Assembly: GCA_028534125.1 (NCBI GenBank)
Contig: CM052827.1
Span: 34,410,001-34,474,000, forward strand
Reading direction: 5' to 3'
DNA: 64,000 nucleotides
From: Lama glama
Lineage: Eukaryota
Positions 11,401 to 23,139 of the stretch are shown here, one piece after another (positions within the stretch are counted from its first letter, which is position 1; each line of letters opens with the position of its first letter). A model generated the notes under the pieces. The model searched no databases, was not told the origin of the DNA, and worked only from the letters and a program-made list of their open reading frames with translations. Made by a program: the position numbers and the translations under genes.

Positions 11401-14400
11401 CCTGCAGCAGGTGTGCTGGTGAAGGAGTGTGGGGCTAGGGCTGGGGGACTGGGAATGCCTCTCACAGACACGGCCCTTGTTCTCCCATCTCCCCAGATCA
11501 CTGCGTCTCCCAGTAGCAGTAGTAGCAGTAGCAGCAGCAGCAGCAGCAGCAGCAGCTCCTCTCTTACAGCTGTGTCTGCCATGGGCAGTACTTCGGCTGT
11601 GGACCCCTCCTTGTCCAGGTGAAGTGAGAGTCAGAGTTAGTGGGTAACAGGGGCTGGTGCCAGGTAGTGCCAAGGTCTGGCTGCTTACACCTCAGCCTTC
11701 CTGCCACCAGGCCACCTGAGGAACTGACCTTGAGCCCCAAGCTGCAGTTGGATGGTGGTCTGACAATGAGCAGCAGCAGCAACCTGCAGGCAAGCCCACG
11801 CAGCCTCCTGCCCAGCCTGCTCCCAGGTCCGGCCGACAAATTGACTCCCAAAGGGCCTGGGCAGGTGCGTGTGTGGGTGTGTGTGAAGTGCAGGTGTATG
11901 GCAGTGGGGAGATTGGCGGCAGTCTCCTCTGCTAGCCCTGCTCTGCCTCAGGTGGCCCATGTTTACCCTGACGTCATCTCAGCCTCCAGTGTTCCCTGGA
12001 GGGCAGATCCTCAGCCTCTCCATCCTCACCTCCTCTCCTCCTGGGTGCATCGCCCTTCACTGCTGTCCCACCTCTCATCACTACAGATACTAGTGCTTTG
12101 TCTCTGTACTCCCCTTGTCCCTACTTCCCACCGCCTAAGTTCTTATCTTCGGTCTACTTCAGGTGCCAACTGCCACCTCTACACTATCCCTGGAGCTGCA
12201 GGAAGTAGAGCCCCTGGGGCTGCCTCAGGCTTCCCCTAGCCGCACCCGCTCCCCCGATGTTATCTCCTCAGCTTCCACTGCCCTGTCCCAGGATATCCCT
12301 GAGATTGCATCTGAGGCACTGTCCCGTGGCTTTGGCTCCTCTGCTTCTGAGGGTCTAGAGCCAGACAGTATGGCCTCAGCTGCCTCGGCACTACACCTTC
12401 TGTCCCCACGGCCCCGGCCGGGGCCCGAGCTTGGCCCACAGCTTAACTTGGATGGAGGCCCTGGGGATGCGGATCGGCATAGTACCCCTTCCCTCCTGGA
12501 GGCAGCCTTGACCCAGGAGGCCACAGCCCCTGACAGTCAAGTCTGGCCTACAGCACCTGACATTACTCGTGAGACCTGTAGCAGCCTGGCAGAGAGGTGA
12601 GGAATTTAGGAGAGGGAAAGTGTGCTGATGGTAGGGTCTTCAGATAGAGTCATCCACTGCTGAGTTGGCCTGTCCCTCCAGCCCCAGGAATGGCCTCCAG
12701 GAAAAGCACAAGAGCCTGGCTTTCCACCGACCACCTTATCACCTGCTGCAGCAACATGACAGCCAGGACGCCAGCGCCGAGCAAAGGTAGGCACCACCTC
12801 ACACCATTCCTTTCACAGGGAGAGCTAGCAAGTGGGTAGGTGCCTAGCCCTCTCCCTCCCCTTCCCACAGTGACCACGATGATGAGGTGGCCAGCCTTGC
12901 CTCTGCTGCAGGGGGCTTTGGCACCAAAGTTCCCACTCCGCGTCTTCCTGCCAAGGACTGGAAGGCCAAGGGATCCCCTCGGGCCTCACCCAAGCTCAAG
13001 AGAAAGGGCAAAAAGGATGACGGGTAGGAGGGGTCCTGGGGCCAGGGAGCGGGATGATCTCCAGGCTGCCTGCTTGACATGGCCTGAGGTGCTTCTCATG
13101 TATGGCAGGGATTCATCAGTGGGATCCCGGCTCACAGAGCACCAGGTGAGTGAGCAACTTCCTGCTTCTGGCTCCTGCCTGTGAGGGTGGAGTGGGAATC
13201 TGGGCCATCCCCAGGTCTGGTCTGGTGTGTGGGGATGAGTAGGGCAGGCATCATGTGATGGTGGTGCTCCTGTCAGGTGGCAGAAATCCCTGAGGACTGG
13301 CCAGCGTTAATTTGGCAACAGCAGAGAGAGCTGGCGCAGCTGCGGCACAGCCAAGAGGAGCTGCTGCAGCGTCTGTGCACCCAGCTTGAAGGTCTGCAGA
13401 GCACTGTCACAGGCCATGTAGAACGTGCCCTAGAGTCACGGCATGAGCAGGAGCGTATCCTTGTGGGCAGTGGCACAGCATGGCATAGGGATGGGGCAAC
13501 AGCAGCATTCTTGGCTTAGGAAGGGTTGTGGGGCTTGCTCTAGGCCTATTCCTTAGCTACAAGGCAGAGCGGCGACTAGAGCGGGCACTGGCTGAAGGGC
13601 AGCAGCGAGGTGGGCAGCTGCAGGAGCAGCTGACGCAACAGTTGTCCCAAGCTCTGTCTTCAGCTGTGGCTGGACGGCTGGAGCGCAGCATACGGGATGA
13701 GATCAAGAAGACTGTGCCTCCATGTGAGTTTTGCATGGAGACTTCTGGGTGGGCCACATGGGAGTGGGGCCCCCTTCCTGTCAAGCTTCCTTTCATGGCT
13801 CTACCTCTCTATTCTCACCCTACCTCAGGTGTCTCTCGAAGCCTGGAGCCCATGGCAGGCCAGCTGAGCAACTCGGTGGCCACAAAGCTCACAGCTGTGG
13901 AGGGTAGCATGAAAGAGACCATCTCCAAACTGCTAAAGTCCAAGGTGCTATAGGGCCTAAGATGAGGGAGGTTGGTGGTTGGTGGGCCTGGGCTTGGGCT
14001 CAGGCTTTCAACTGAGTCCCTCCCTCCATGCCCAGAACTTGACAGATGCCATTGCCCGAGCAGCTGCAGACACATTACAGGGGCCAATGCAGGCCGCCTA
14101 CCGTGAAGCCTTCCAGAGCGTGGTGCTGCCCGCCTTCGAGAAGAGCTGCCAGGCCATGTTCCAGCAGATCAATGATAGCTTCCGACTGGGCACACAGGAA
14201 TGTGAGTGCGGTCATATGCCCCCAGCTGGGAGGTGTGTTTCTCCCCCACCAGCCATCTCATGATCCCATGGTCACTTGTCAGACTTGCAGCAGCTGGAGA
14301 GCCACATGAAGAGCCGAAAGGCACGTGAGCAGGAGGCGCGAGAGCCTGTGCTGGCCCAGCTGCGGAGCCTGGTCAGCACACTGCAGGGGGCCACTGAGCA

Positions 14401-15712
14401 AATGGCGGCGACCGTGTCCAGTAGTGTTCGGGCTGAGGTGCAGCACCAGCTGCATGTGGCTGTGGGCAGGTGTGTGGGCAGGGCACTGGGCAAGGTGGTG
14501 GGTTTGTAAAGGCCCAGACCAGACTCCCTGTTTACCTCATTTCCCTTCACTTGGCTTTGCAGCCTGCAGGAGTCAATTTTAGCACAAGTACAGCGCATTG
14601 TCAAGGGTGAGGTGAGTGTGGCACTCAAGGAGCAGCAGGCCGCCGTCACCTCTAGCATCATGCAGGCTATGCGCTCAGCTGCTGGCACACCCGTCCCTGC
14701 TGCCCACCTCGACTGCCAAGCCCAGCAAGCCCATATCCTGCAGCTGCTGCAGCAGGGCCACCTCAATCAGGCCTTCCAGCAGGTAAGCCAGGCACTAGGC
14801 ACAGGTCGGGTCAAGTGTCTCCTGACAAGGCCCAACCATGATACGTTCCACTCTACCCATTAGGCTTTGGGTGGTCAGGTCCCAGCTGACTCTTCTTGGT
14901 TCTCTTTTGCCTGCTTTTCTCTCTGCCTGGATGCTGGATCCCTTTCTTCCTCCTCAGCCCGCCTTGCTTCATAGCCACCCTTCTCAAGAAACCTTTCCTA
15001 ATCCCTTAGAGTAATAACAGCCCTACAGAGTCTCTCTGGGCTTCCCCCTCTGGATCCCCTAGAACTCTTCTCTTTGGTCATCTTCCCCCAGGCCACATAG
15101 CCAACAAGCAGGCATCTCATCCTGACATTAGCTGCTCTCTACTCAGGCTCTGACTGCTGCTGACTTGAACCTGGTGCTGTTCGTGTGTGAAACTGTAGAC
15201 CCAGGCCAGGTTTTTGGGCAGCCACCTTGCCCCCTCTCCCAGCCTGTACTCCTGTCACTCATCCAGCAGCTGGCCTCTGACCTTGGCACTCGAACTGACC
15301 TCAAGCTCAGGTGAGTGGGTGTAGTCAGGGACTAGGGCTCGGATCAAGGTGGGAGAGCAGTTCAGAGACTCCTACTCCTGCCTGACACCCCTCCCTGATT
15401 TTCTCCAGCAATCCCCTTTGCCCATCTCAGGCTTTGAGGCCTCCATTGCCTCATTGCCACCAGGGGGCGCTCCATCTGCTGGAGGCCACCTGCAGCCTGT
15501 CCCTTTCCTCCACCCCCAGCTACCTGGAAGAGGCTGTGATGCACCTGGACCACAGTGACCCCATCACTCGGGACCACATGGGCTCCGTCATGGCCCAGGT
15601 GCGCCAGAAGCTCTTCCAGTTCCTGCAGGCCGAGCCACACAACTCACTTGGCAAAGCGGCCCGGCGTCTCAGCCTCATGCTGCACGGCCTTATGACCCCT
15701 AGCCTCCCTTAG
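5095..15712 (+). CDS. EDC4: Enhancer of mRNA decapping 4 (Ge-1/Hedls), 29 coding exons, 4209 nt, 1402 aa
   Basis: Exons: 5095-5179, 7536-7692, 8103-8214, 8517-8616, 8881-9070, 9177-9324, 9413-9517, 9853-9962, 10045-10128, 10221-10316, 10412-10514, 10614-10794, 10887-10959, 11056-11147, 11223-11410, 11497-11618, 11711-11864, 12163-12596, 12682-12786, 12871-13023, 13109-13145, 13277-13454, 13568-13723, 13829-13944, 14036-14201, 14283-14469, 14563-14782, 15147-15310, 15520-15712. All introns GT-AG and the frame is continuous from MASSCASIDIEDATQHLRDILKLD to LMTPSLP*. WD40 region, Ser-rich linker and helical C-terminus. Confidence 0.97.
6804..6893 (-). mobile_element. tRNA-derived SINE (camelid Vic-1-like), antisense in EDC4 intron 1
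   Basis: Reverse complement reads ggggtttagctcactggtagagcatatgcttagcatgcatgagttcctgagttcaatcaccagcacctccattaaaaa: A and B boxes, A tail, adjacent (CT)n tract. Same family as 61449-61582. Confidence 0.85.
9071..9176 (+). other. U12-type (minor spliceosome) GT-AG intron, EDC4 intron 5
   Basis: 5'SS GTATCCTTT; branch point CCCTTAAC at 9158-9165, 11 nt before the 3' junction. Confidence 0.92.
11512..11562 (+). repeat. Coding (AGY)15 trinucleotide repeat, part of a 17-Ser tract in EDC4 exon 16
   Basis: 15 agt/agc codons followed by tcc tct. Confidence 0.95.
13455..13567 (+). other. U12-type GT-AG intron, EDC4 intron 22
   Basis: 5'SS GTATCCTTG; variant branch point TTCCTTAGC at 13549-13557; no polypyrimidine tract before CAG. 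Confidence 0.85.
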
Positions 15713-16046
15713 CTAAGCCTGCCTTACCCAGGGGTGGGATGGCACTGAAGGCCAGCAGAGAGGCCTAGGCCAAAGCAGGGTCATGTCTGCCTTTTACCTG
15801 CTCAGGCTCCCACCTCTTGGGTGTTTGACAAGGGTAGCACTGGCTATGGTCTATAGGTTGTGGTAGCCAGCAGGTTTAGGCTGGGCCCAGGGTGGGTATT
15901 GTGCCTTCTTGGGTTCTGCCATGCCTGGAGCATGACCCCCGAGATTGTGACATCACTTGTGTTAAATTTTCCATGTTCCTTTTTACCTCCAATTTGGATC
16001 TTTTTGTTTTTGAAAAACATTGAGAAATTCAATTAAATGCTTTTGG

Positions 16047-16052
16047 AATAAA
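16047..16052 (+). terminator. EDC4 poly(A) signal
   Basis: AATAAA about 335 nt after the stop codon, followed by GU-rich tgtgtgcttttcatgtgtcttt. Confidence 0.85.
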
Positions 16053-16455
16053 ATGGAGTACATGTGTGCTTTTCATGTGTCTTTGGAGTGACTTTGATAA
16101 CTGCCCTCTGTTACCTGCCCCCTCCCTTCTCCCATTGTGGAGCTTGGTCTCGCCCAACCCACCCCAGGGGCCTGGACACCCACACTCATCTGCACAGCTG
16201 TCTTCCCAGGCCTCCTGTCTCCATCTTTCAGGCAAGGGCCCTGGGATCAGCTCAGCACCACCTTGTGCCCCTGGGTTCTCCTCTCTGGAGTCCCTCTCTC
16301 CATCCCTTGCCTAGCTGGGAGCTGGGGGCGGGGCCGCCAGCTGTCTTTGGAGCCCTGCCCCCAACTCCCATCCAATCACAGTCCCTTCTTTCGGGGGCTG
16401 GGCCGAAGGGCTGTACTCCAAGCTGCTAGCTCTGGCACTAGGCTCCCAGCTGGGG

Positions 16456-17848
16456 ATGATGCGCTGTTGCTGCTGCCGCTGCTGCCCCTATCGCCACTGC
16501 CAGCAACCGCCCCGTGCCCTGGGGCTGTTGCTGTTGCTGCTGCTGCCGTCCTTTGGTGAGTGCCATTGTGCTGGACCCTGCCCGGGCTGCACATTCTCTC
16601 CCCAGACTGGGTATAGATTGTGTGGGAGCTGAGGCCCAGCCTTCCTGAGTGCTGAGAGCCAGGGTGGAGAGGAGGTGAGAGGGCTCCTGGGAGGGGATAA
16701 TGTGTGCCAGTGGCTTCAGGATATAAAGTGAGGGGTGTGAACTTAACCCTAGTTTTGGGGGAAGAACCCCTCATTTCTGCAGCCCTCATTCTGATAAAGG
16801 GAGACTTGGACTCTTGCAGGACTCCCAGACCAACCATGGGACCTCTGAGGTCCTCTGTTAGTGTCAGGCCTGGATCCCAGCACCCTCTATCCTTCCTTAC
16901 CCATCCAAAAACACTTGTCTTTGGGGGCGAGATGGAAAAGCCAAGCAAAGCTTTTCTAGGCTGCAGAGAAACAACGCTGCTGGGAGCCCTGCCCGCCTGA
17001 CCCCCTTCACTGTGACCTCCTTCATTTGGAACATTCCTACCACTCCTAGGGTCCAGGAGCTCGGAAGAAGAGCCAACCCCTAGGACATGACATCCACTTT
17101 CTCCACCCCCACCTATCCTGTCCAGTTCTGCCTAGAAGGGGGCTGAGGCAGGTGGTCCCCAGATATGCCTCTTAGTTCCCTGGGGCATCCCTTTCACGCT
17201 GAGTCACATCCCCGGAGAGCTCCCTGGTAAACAAGTCCCTGGGGGTTGCGGAGGGGAAAAGACGTTTTCGCTGGATCATTCTATCAACCATTCTCCATCC
17301 CTACCTGCAGTCCTTGTATCTCCCCTGGCAGCAGCCACTGTAGGCCCAGGCCGCTGTGACACCATATACCAGGGCTTTGCCGAATGTCTCATCCGCTTGG
17401 GGGACGGCATGGGCCGCGGAGGCGAGCTAGAGACCGTCTGCAGGTATGGGCAAGTGCGAGGGCAGTAGCCCAACCCTGCCACCCTTGGGGTCTGAACCTC
17501 TTTCTTCCCATTCCAAAGCCCCCTCACCCCACCTAATTCCCCTAACCCCACACCCTTAACAGGTCTTGGAATGACTTCCACACCTGTGCCTCTCGAGTCC
17601 TGTTGGGCTGCCCAGAAGAAGCAGCCGCTGTGTGGGAGTCACTACAGCAAGAAGCTCGCCGGGCCCCACACCCAGATAACTTGCACACCCTGTGTGGCAC
17701 CCCTGTGCGTGTTCAGGAGCGAGGCGCCGGCCCCGAGACCAACCAGGAGACGCTGCGGGCAGCTGCACCCGCACTCACCCCGGCCCCCTCGCCGGTGCTG
17801 CTGACTGCTGCTCTGGCGCTCGCCTGCCTCCTGGGACCCCTGGCCTAG
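16456..17848 (+). CDS. NRN1L: Neuritin-like protein (CPG15-2), GPI-anchored, 3 exons, 172 aa
   Basis: Exons 16456-16555 (MMRCCCCRCC...LLLLLLLPSF), 17311-17443 (...RCDTIYQGFAECLIRLGDGMGRGGELETVCR) and 17563-17848 (SWNDFHTCAS...WESLQQE...LHTLCG plus hydrophobic GPI signal); 519 nt in frame. Confidence 0.93.
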
Positions 17849-17938
17849 CCAGTCCAGTCTGGTCAGGTAGCAGCGCCCTTGCCCCCAGCCCTGCTCTAGT
17901 GGCTGCAGTTGGGGCTCTGCAGAGTGTGCTTGGCTTTC

Positions 17939-17944
17939 ATTAAA
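17939..17944 (+). terminator. NRN1L poly(A) signal (ATTAAA variant)
   Basis: ATTAAA 90 nt after the stop codon, followed by U-rich sequence. Confidence 0.7.
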
Positions 17945-20569
17945 GGTATTTATATTTGTATTAATCTCCTTCCTTTCTTTTGGCTGCGACCGCTTGGCTG
18001 GGGCAGAGAATATGATCCTCAGGAAGAGATGGGTGGGGCGGTAGGCAGCCACATGGGACTCAGTCTTACTCCTCACAAACACTCATTTCCCAGGGGTGGG
18101 GCAGAACTTTCCATCGCTAGCAGTTTCCATGAGTCCTGGTGGTGACCAGAGATGTGCAGGAATGCACATCTTTCTCTGTCCTCCTGGGTTGGCACTCCTA
18201 GCTCTGCCTGTTCCTCCTATCCTGGCCCCTGGTAGTGTCCCTCCCCTTATCCCCAGGTTCATACTATCATCCAGGCTCCTGGTCCTCTCACCTCCTCTTC
18301 CCTCTGCTGAACTACCACCTTAGCCTTCAAGACACAGTTCAGATTAAGTGCTCTTTCCTCTCCTTCTCTGGAGTCCTGGTCCATCTGAGGGTAGTCTGTC
18401 CCAGAAGGTGGGGAGACCCTGTTAGAGCCTACATTCAAGTCCCTGAGGTGAGCTGGAGCTGTAGAAATGGGTCACAATGAGGGTTCCTCTGTCCTTTGCT
18501 CTCCACAAGCTTGTTCTTTGAGCAGTATGAATTAAAAACAATCCCAGAAGACTTTCTATGAGCATGGAATGAGTGTGTGCTGTGTACAGAGCCCCTGTTC
18601 ATCCTGGTGGAGAAGAAGAGCAAAAATCAACATGGGCAAAATCCTGAGGGAAGGAGGAGGCCTCAGAGAAGATGAGACCCTCTCGATCATCCTCTACCAC
18701 CACTGCTGGGACCCTCTTCCGAGCCACTATGCCACGGCTTCTGTGGGCACTGCCATGACCTCCTAACTGGCTTCTACTCTCCCTTCTTCCTCTTTATTTT
18801 CTATTTTTGAAATTGACAAATTGATCCTGATATTAAGTTCCTTGTCATTGTCTACAAGACCCTACATAAGCCAGCTGTGTTTGTATGTAGGACAGTTTAT
18901 TCAGTCTATTCCTTCAACTCTTCTCTGTAGGAGCACAGAGGAATGATCTACCTACTCAGTCTTTGGGGTAAGGGGAGGCTTCAGAGAAGGAGGACAGTAG
19001 GTGGTGATAGGAGGTAAGGATGCAAGACTTACAAATGGTGGAGGAGAAGTGGGGCTGAGTTGAAGAGGACTTTATGAGAGGGGCCCAAGGGATCAGCTGG
19101 GAGGGGTTGAGCTAGTATAGAACTTGGCAGGCCAGGTTTACACTAAAGCCCATGCTGGGAGGCTGTTGCTCTCAGGACATAATCAGGCCTGATAGGACCA
19201 TTTCTTAGGCTCTAGGGTGACAGGTGCCTCCAGAGACTTCCAACCATATATGTGGGAGCCATACTTCATCAGTGCTTCCCAAACACTCTGCCATTCCGGT
19301 TAGCTAAGACACCTCAGTTAACTCACTCTCTGCCCTATTGTTGCTCCTGTGCTTCATTCACCTGTACTTTTATTCCCGCTTCTCTCTCCCAACCATTCAT
19401 TAACCATCTTCTCACATCACCTGAAGGAGAAAATTCAGGAAACAAACACTCACAGATCTGCCCCATTTGACCATCAGTATCTTCCAGAAGGGAAGGCCAG
19501 AGTTTTATTCCTCTAGATCTTTATATATTTATTTTCTGTACTCAGACTATCCTTCCCCATTTCTTCCTGGTGAACTCCTACTTCTTGTTTAATGTCCTCT
19601 CCTCCCTAACCTTGACTCCAAGCTGAATCAGAAGCCTCAGGTACACACAGCTCCAGGACTTTCTCCTGCCTCAGTACTGATAGCACTGGCTCACTGGCTT
19701 GTTACTGTCTGGGTCCAGGTCAGAATTCCCCACTGTGGATTCCCTGAGGGTCCTGTTTGTGTGTCTAGCACCCAAGCTAGGGCTGGATACAAAGAGTGCA
19801 CTTGTGGGAGTGTGTGGAATGAAAAATAGAACTTATTTTTATAGAAACTGTTACAGATAGCAAGAGCTTGGACTGAGAATGAGTTGGAGAACGTGTCTTC
19901 TTGGCGCGGCCCCCTTAACCTGGGCATATATTGTTGGGAGGGATGGTGCCACGGCTTCAAACGCCAAAAGTCTTCCCAGAGCCATTCTTGATGGATGGCC
20001 AGGAGCAGCCTGCTTCCAGGAGCAGGGGCCTGACTGCGTTGGCCAGCCATCAGGGAGATTACCATCCTTCTGCTGTGACCTACTTTCCCCTGGTTTTTGC
20101 TCCCTAAGTCCCTGCTCTTCCCTGGAAATGAGTGACCTGGAGTGTGTTTTGTGCATGGGGGTGGGGACAGAATCTGCTCTCTGGCCAGGGGCTTAAGAGC
20201 TTTGTCTGTTTTATCCCAGAGCTGGAGGAGAGGGTTGGGCTGACAGCCAAATGGACTGGGCCCTAGCTAAACACAGCTGCCCAGGCCAGAGTATCATGGT
20301 GATGGTTCTCACATTCACAGCTCTGTAGACATGGAATAGCTTATTGTTCAGGGGAGAGCCTGGGGGCTGGACGTCCTGAACCCAGTCCCTTCTGTATCAA
20401 TATACCTCTCCATCTTGGGGTCTGGTGTTCTTCACCAGAGCCCAGACCAGCACCTGCCCATAGCAAGGACTCAATAAATATTTCTTGAATTAATTTGCTG
20501 AATGTCAGTAAAGTAGAGGTGTTGTGTGGATTTCTAAGCCCCATCAACCCTGGATTCTATATTATTTTC

Positions 20570-20740
20570 AATCCTCACAATAACCGTGGGGTCAGAATTA
20601 CGATCCCCATTGTACAGATAAGAAACATGAGGCTTAAGGAGGGGAGATATCTTGCTTAAGTTCACATAACTATGGAAGTGTCAGAGTTGGGATATGATCC
20701 CAAGTTTGTTTGGCCCCTAAGTCCATTCCCTTAATCACTA
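20570..20740. mobile_element. MIR SINE (approximate limits)
   Basis: 'aatcctcacaataacc...ccccattgtacagataagaaacatgaggcttaag...cttgcttaagttcacata' MIR core. Confidence 0.7.
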
Positions 20741-21289
20741 GATATATGGAAGTAATTTTTAGTTTGTTTTTTTTTTAAATAAAATCTTTCCTGAAACCCT
20801 ACTGCATAAAACAGGTGGTGTTTTATTGGTGTTCATACATTTTTAGGGTTAAAATATAACATTATCTTATAGTCAGTTAAAGACAATTTCATATATGAAG
20901 TTCCCAATAAAGATTTTAATAGATGAACAGACTGAAATGAGGAAGATGGAATGGAGATTACAATCTCCTTATTTCTTGAGTCATCTATTCCCCTCCACTC
21001 TGCAATCTGGGCAAAGTAGTGAGATAATTATGAATCTAAAGCGGAATCGTTCATGGTAACAATTTTTCTTTAATCTACTTGCTTTGCAGTCTCAGGATGT
21101 ATTTAAATTTAGTAACAATAACAACCCTTAAAACAGACAAAAACCGTTACGCCAAAGCTGGCCCAAACTGATATCACCGATCCTCAAGCTTCAACACATC
21201 TGACTGTCTGAATTATTTTAATTGCAGTTTTAATAGATTGGTATTTTAAACCGATCCTTTGCGGAGTTTCAGAAACCTCTGTTGAAATG

Positions 21290-21950
21290 CACTACATCCC
21301 CCATTTGGCACTATAAAGCGCTCTCGCACCCTAATTTGAATCTAGAAACTTTCTCCCTACTACCCACAGTGTCTGCCTAAACCTAAGGTGGAAACATTTG
21401 GAGCAACACTGAACACTCTCTACTCCTGGAGAAAGCCCGGCCCCGCCCTGAAGGCGTTGATTGGCAAGCCACTCTCAGAGCGCCGCCAACCGGGCAGCCC
21501 GGATCTCCCGAGAGCCCGCCCCTGTTCCGCCCCGTGGGCGGCCCGGATTTGTTTTGGCGTCAAGCGCGCGCTGTGATGACGCCACGACGCTGACGCCTGA
21601 GGATGGCGGCGGCGGCGGCGGCGGCGGCCGTGGCTGCGACCCGAAGAGGGTCAGCACAGTCGCCCAGACGCCGAAGAGCCCGCCGTCCGCGCGAGGTGAG
21701 GCGGCCCTGCCCACGGCGACGGTCTGACGGGCAGGAGGGGCTGAGGAGAGGCCACGGTCACTTTCTGGAGCACCGGGCCCGTTCCTGCCCATACTTCGGC
21801 CCGTGCCCCGTGTTCCGGGGCCTACGGGACTGAGGAGCAGGCCAGGCGATTGCAGCTCGGGGTTCCCGGTGTCCAAGGGTTAATTGGCCTCGAAACGTGC
21901 TGCTGTGCTGGATAACCCGTCTCTGAGGCCGCAAGGGCCAGGTGGACGTG
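21290..21950 (+). promoter_or_regulatory. PSKH1 CpG-island promoter and non-coding exon 1 (donor after 21695)
   Basis: CpG-rich. ZNF143-like motifs (actacatccc 21291, tacccacagtg 21361), GC boxes, inverted CCAAT near 21460, three TGACG/CGTCA half-CREs (21557-21596), donor GAG|GTGAGG at 21695/6. Confidence 0.8.
21605..21628 (+). repeat. (GGC)8 repeat in the PSKH1 5' leader
   Basis: Eight perfect GGC units overlapping and following an ATG. Confidence 0.95.
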
Positions 21951-23139
21951 GTCAGCTGTCCTGCCTGATGTTCAGCAAGTCGGCATCGGTCAGGGTGAAC
22001 TAATCCGGTTGTCCTCACTGTCTTCTCTTGTCCGGCACCTACTCTACACCCTCTATGCGACTGAACGCCAGGGGTCAGTGGGGCAGCTGGTCGCTTCCTT
22101 GTTCAGGCGGGAAAAAAGCGGGCCTGAGTCCACCTGCTTCGCAAGCCAGTTATCCCTCTGCTTTGATAAGGGGCAGCCCAGCTCTCCACATTCACTCCCC
22201 TTCCACGAAGCGATAAATTGATCATTTCCACTTAAAAATCTGAATTAAGTCCTTCATTGTCTAAAACTGACTCCTTGCTACCTACAGGATAAAGGCCAAG
22301 CTTCATAGCAAGGCGTTCAGGGCTCTTCATAACTGGGTAGAAACATAGCCCGAAGTCAAAACCTGGGCACTTTTGTCTCCTGTTTACATAGTTTGTTGGG
22401 GATATGTGAATTTGCCTTTAGCTCTGTGTTTTAATACCTTTTTGCTTTAGATATGCAGTTTTCTCACTTTGTAATACTCTTTTATCCCCTACCTCCACCC
22501 ACCAGTATGGAAAATTTACATCTCTTCTTTAAAAAAATACCTTGGATTTCATTTCTTTAGAAAAGCCTCCCTTCACATGTAATCGCTGACTCCTTTGTAC
22601 TTTTATTCTTGCTACTACTTTGGAGTATATTGTGTTATCTCACCTGATAGTGGGTCTGGGGATTGTGTTATTTTTGTTTGCATCTGAGTGTCAGGCTCTG
22701 TGCCTGGCATAAAATAGGAGGTGAATCGGCTGGGATAGGTTGCTGGCTTAAGAATGGATACAGGCTCAACTATATTGTTGAGTACCTGTCATGGGCCAGG
22801 ACCTGAAATGAGCAGAGCAAGTGTGTATGTCCTGTTTGCACATGCACATGTATGTGTGTGGTAAGTGGTGCAGCCTTGTCAACTTTGATGGTCTAAATTC
22901 TCCTGGGGTGGTTTTTCAAAATACAAATTCAAGAGTCTCACTGTCTGAGATTTTGATTCAGAATATCTGGAATCTGGTAGAAATATGTATTTTTTTTAAA
23001 AACTCTCAGGTGACTTTACTGTGCTCCCTGGTTGAAGATCATTGCTCCAGAAAACTGTTGTGTCTTTGTCCGATGGGAAAGGCTGGCGATGCCCTGTGGC
23101 ACACAGCTGTTGCAGTCTCATTGCCCATACCTTGGGAAG

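Noticed and set aside
17553-17562. CCCTTAAC U12-like branch motif at the NRN1L intron 2 acceptor
   Set aside because: The donor is GTATGG (U2-type) and the motif abuts the AG, too close for a U12 branch point.
20760-21290. AT-rich block with minus-strand AATAAA and an A tract upstream of PSKH1 (possible retroposed 3'UTR or divergent transcript end)
   Set aside because: No identifiable source gene or TSD; may be ordinary AT-rich promoter-flanking DNA.
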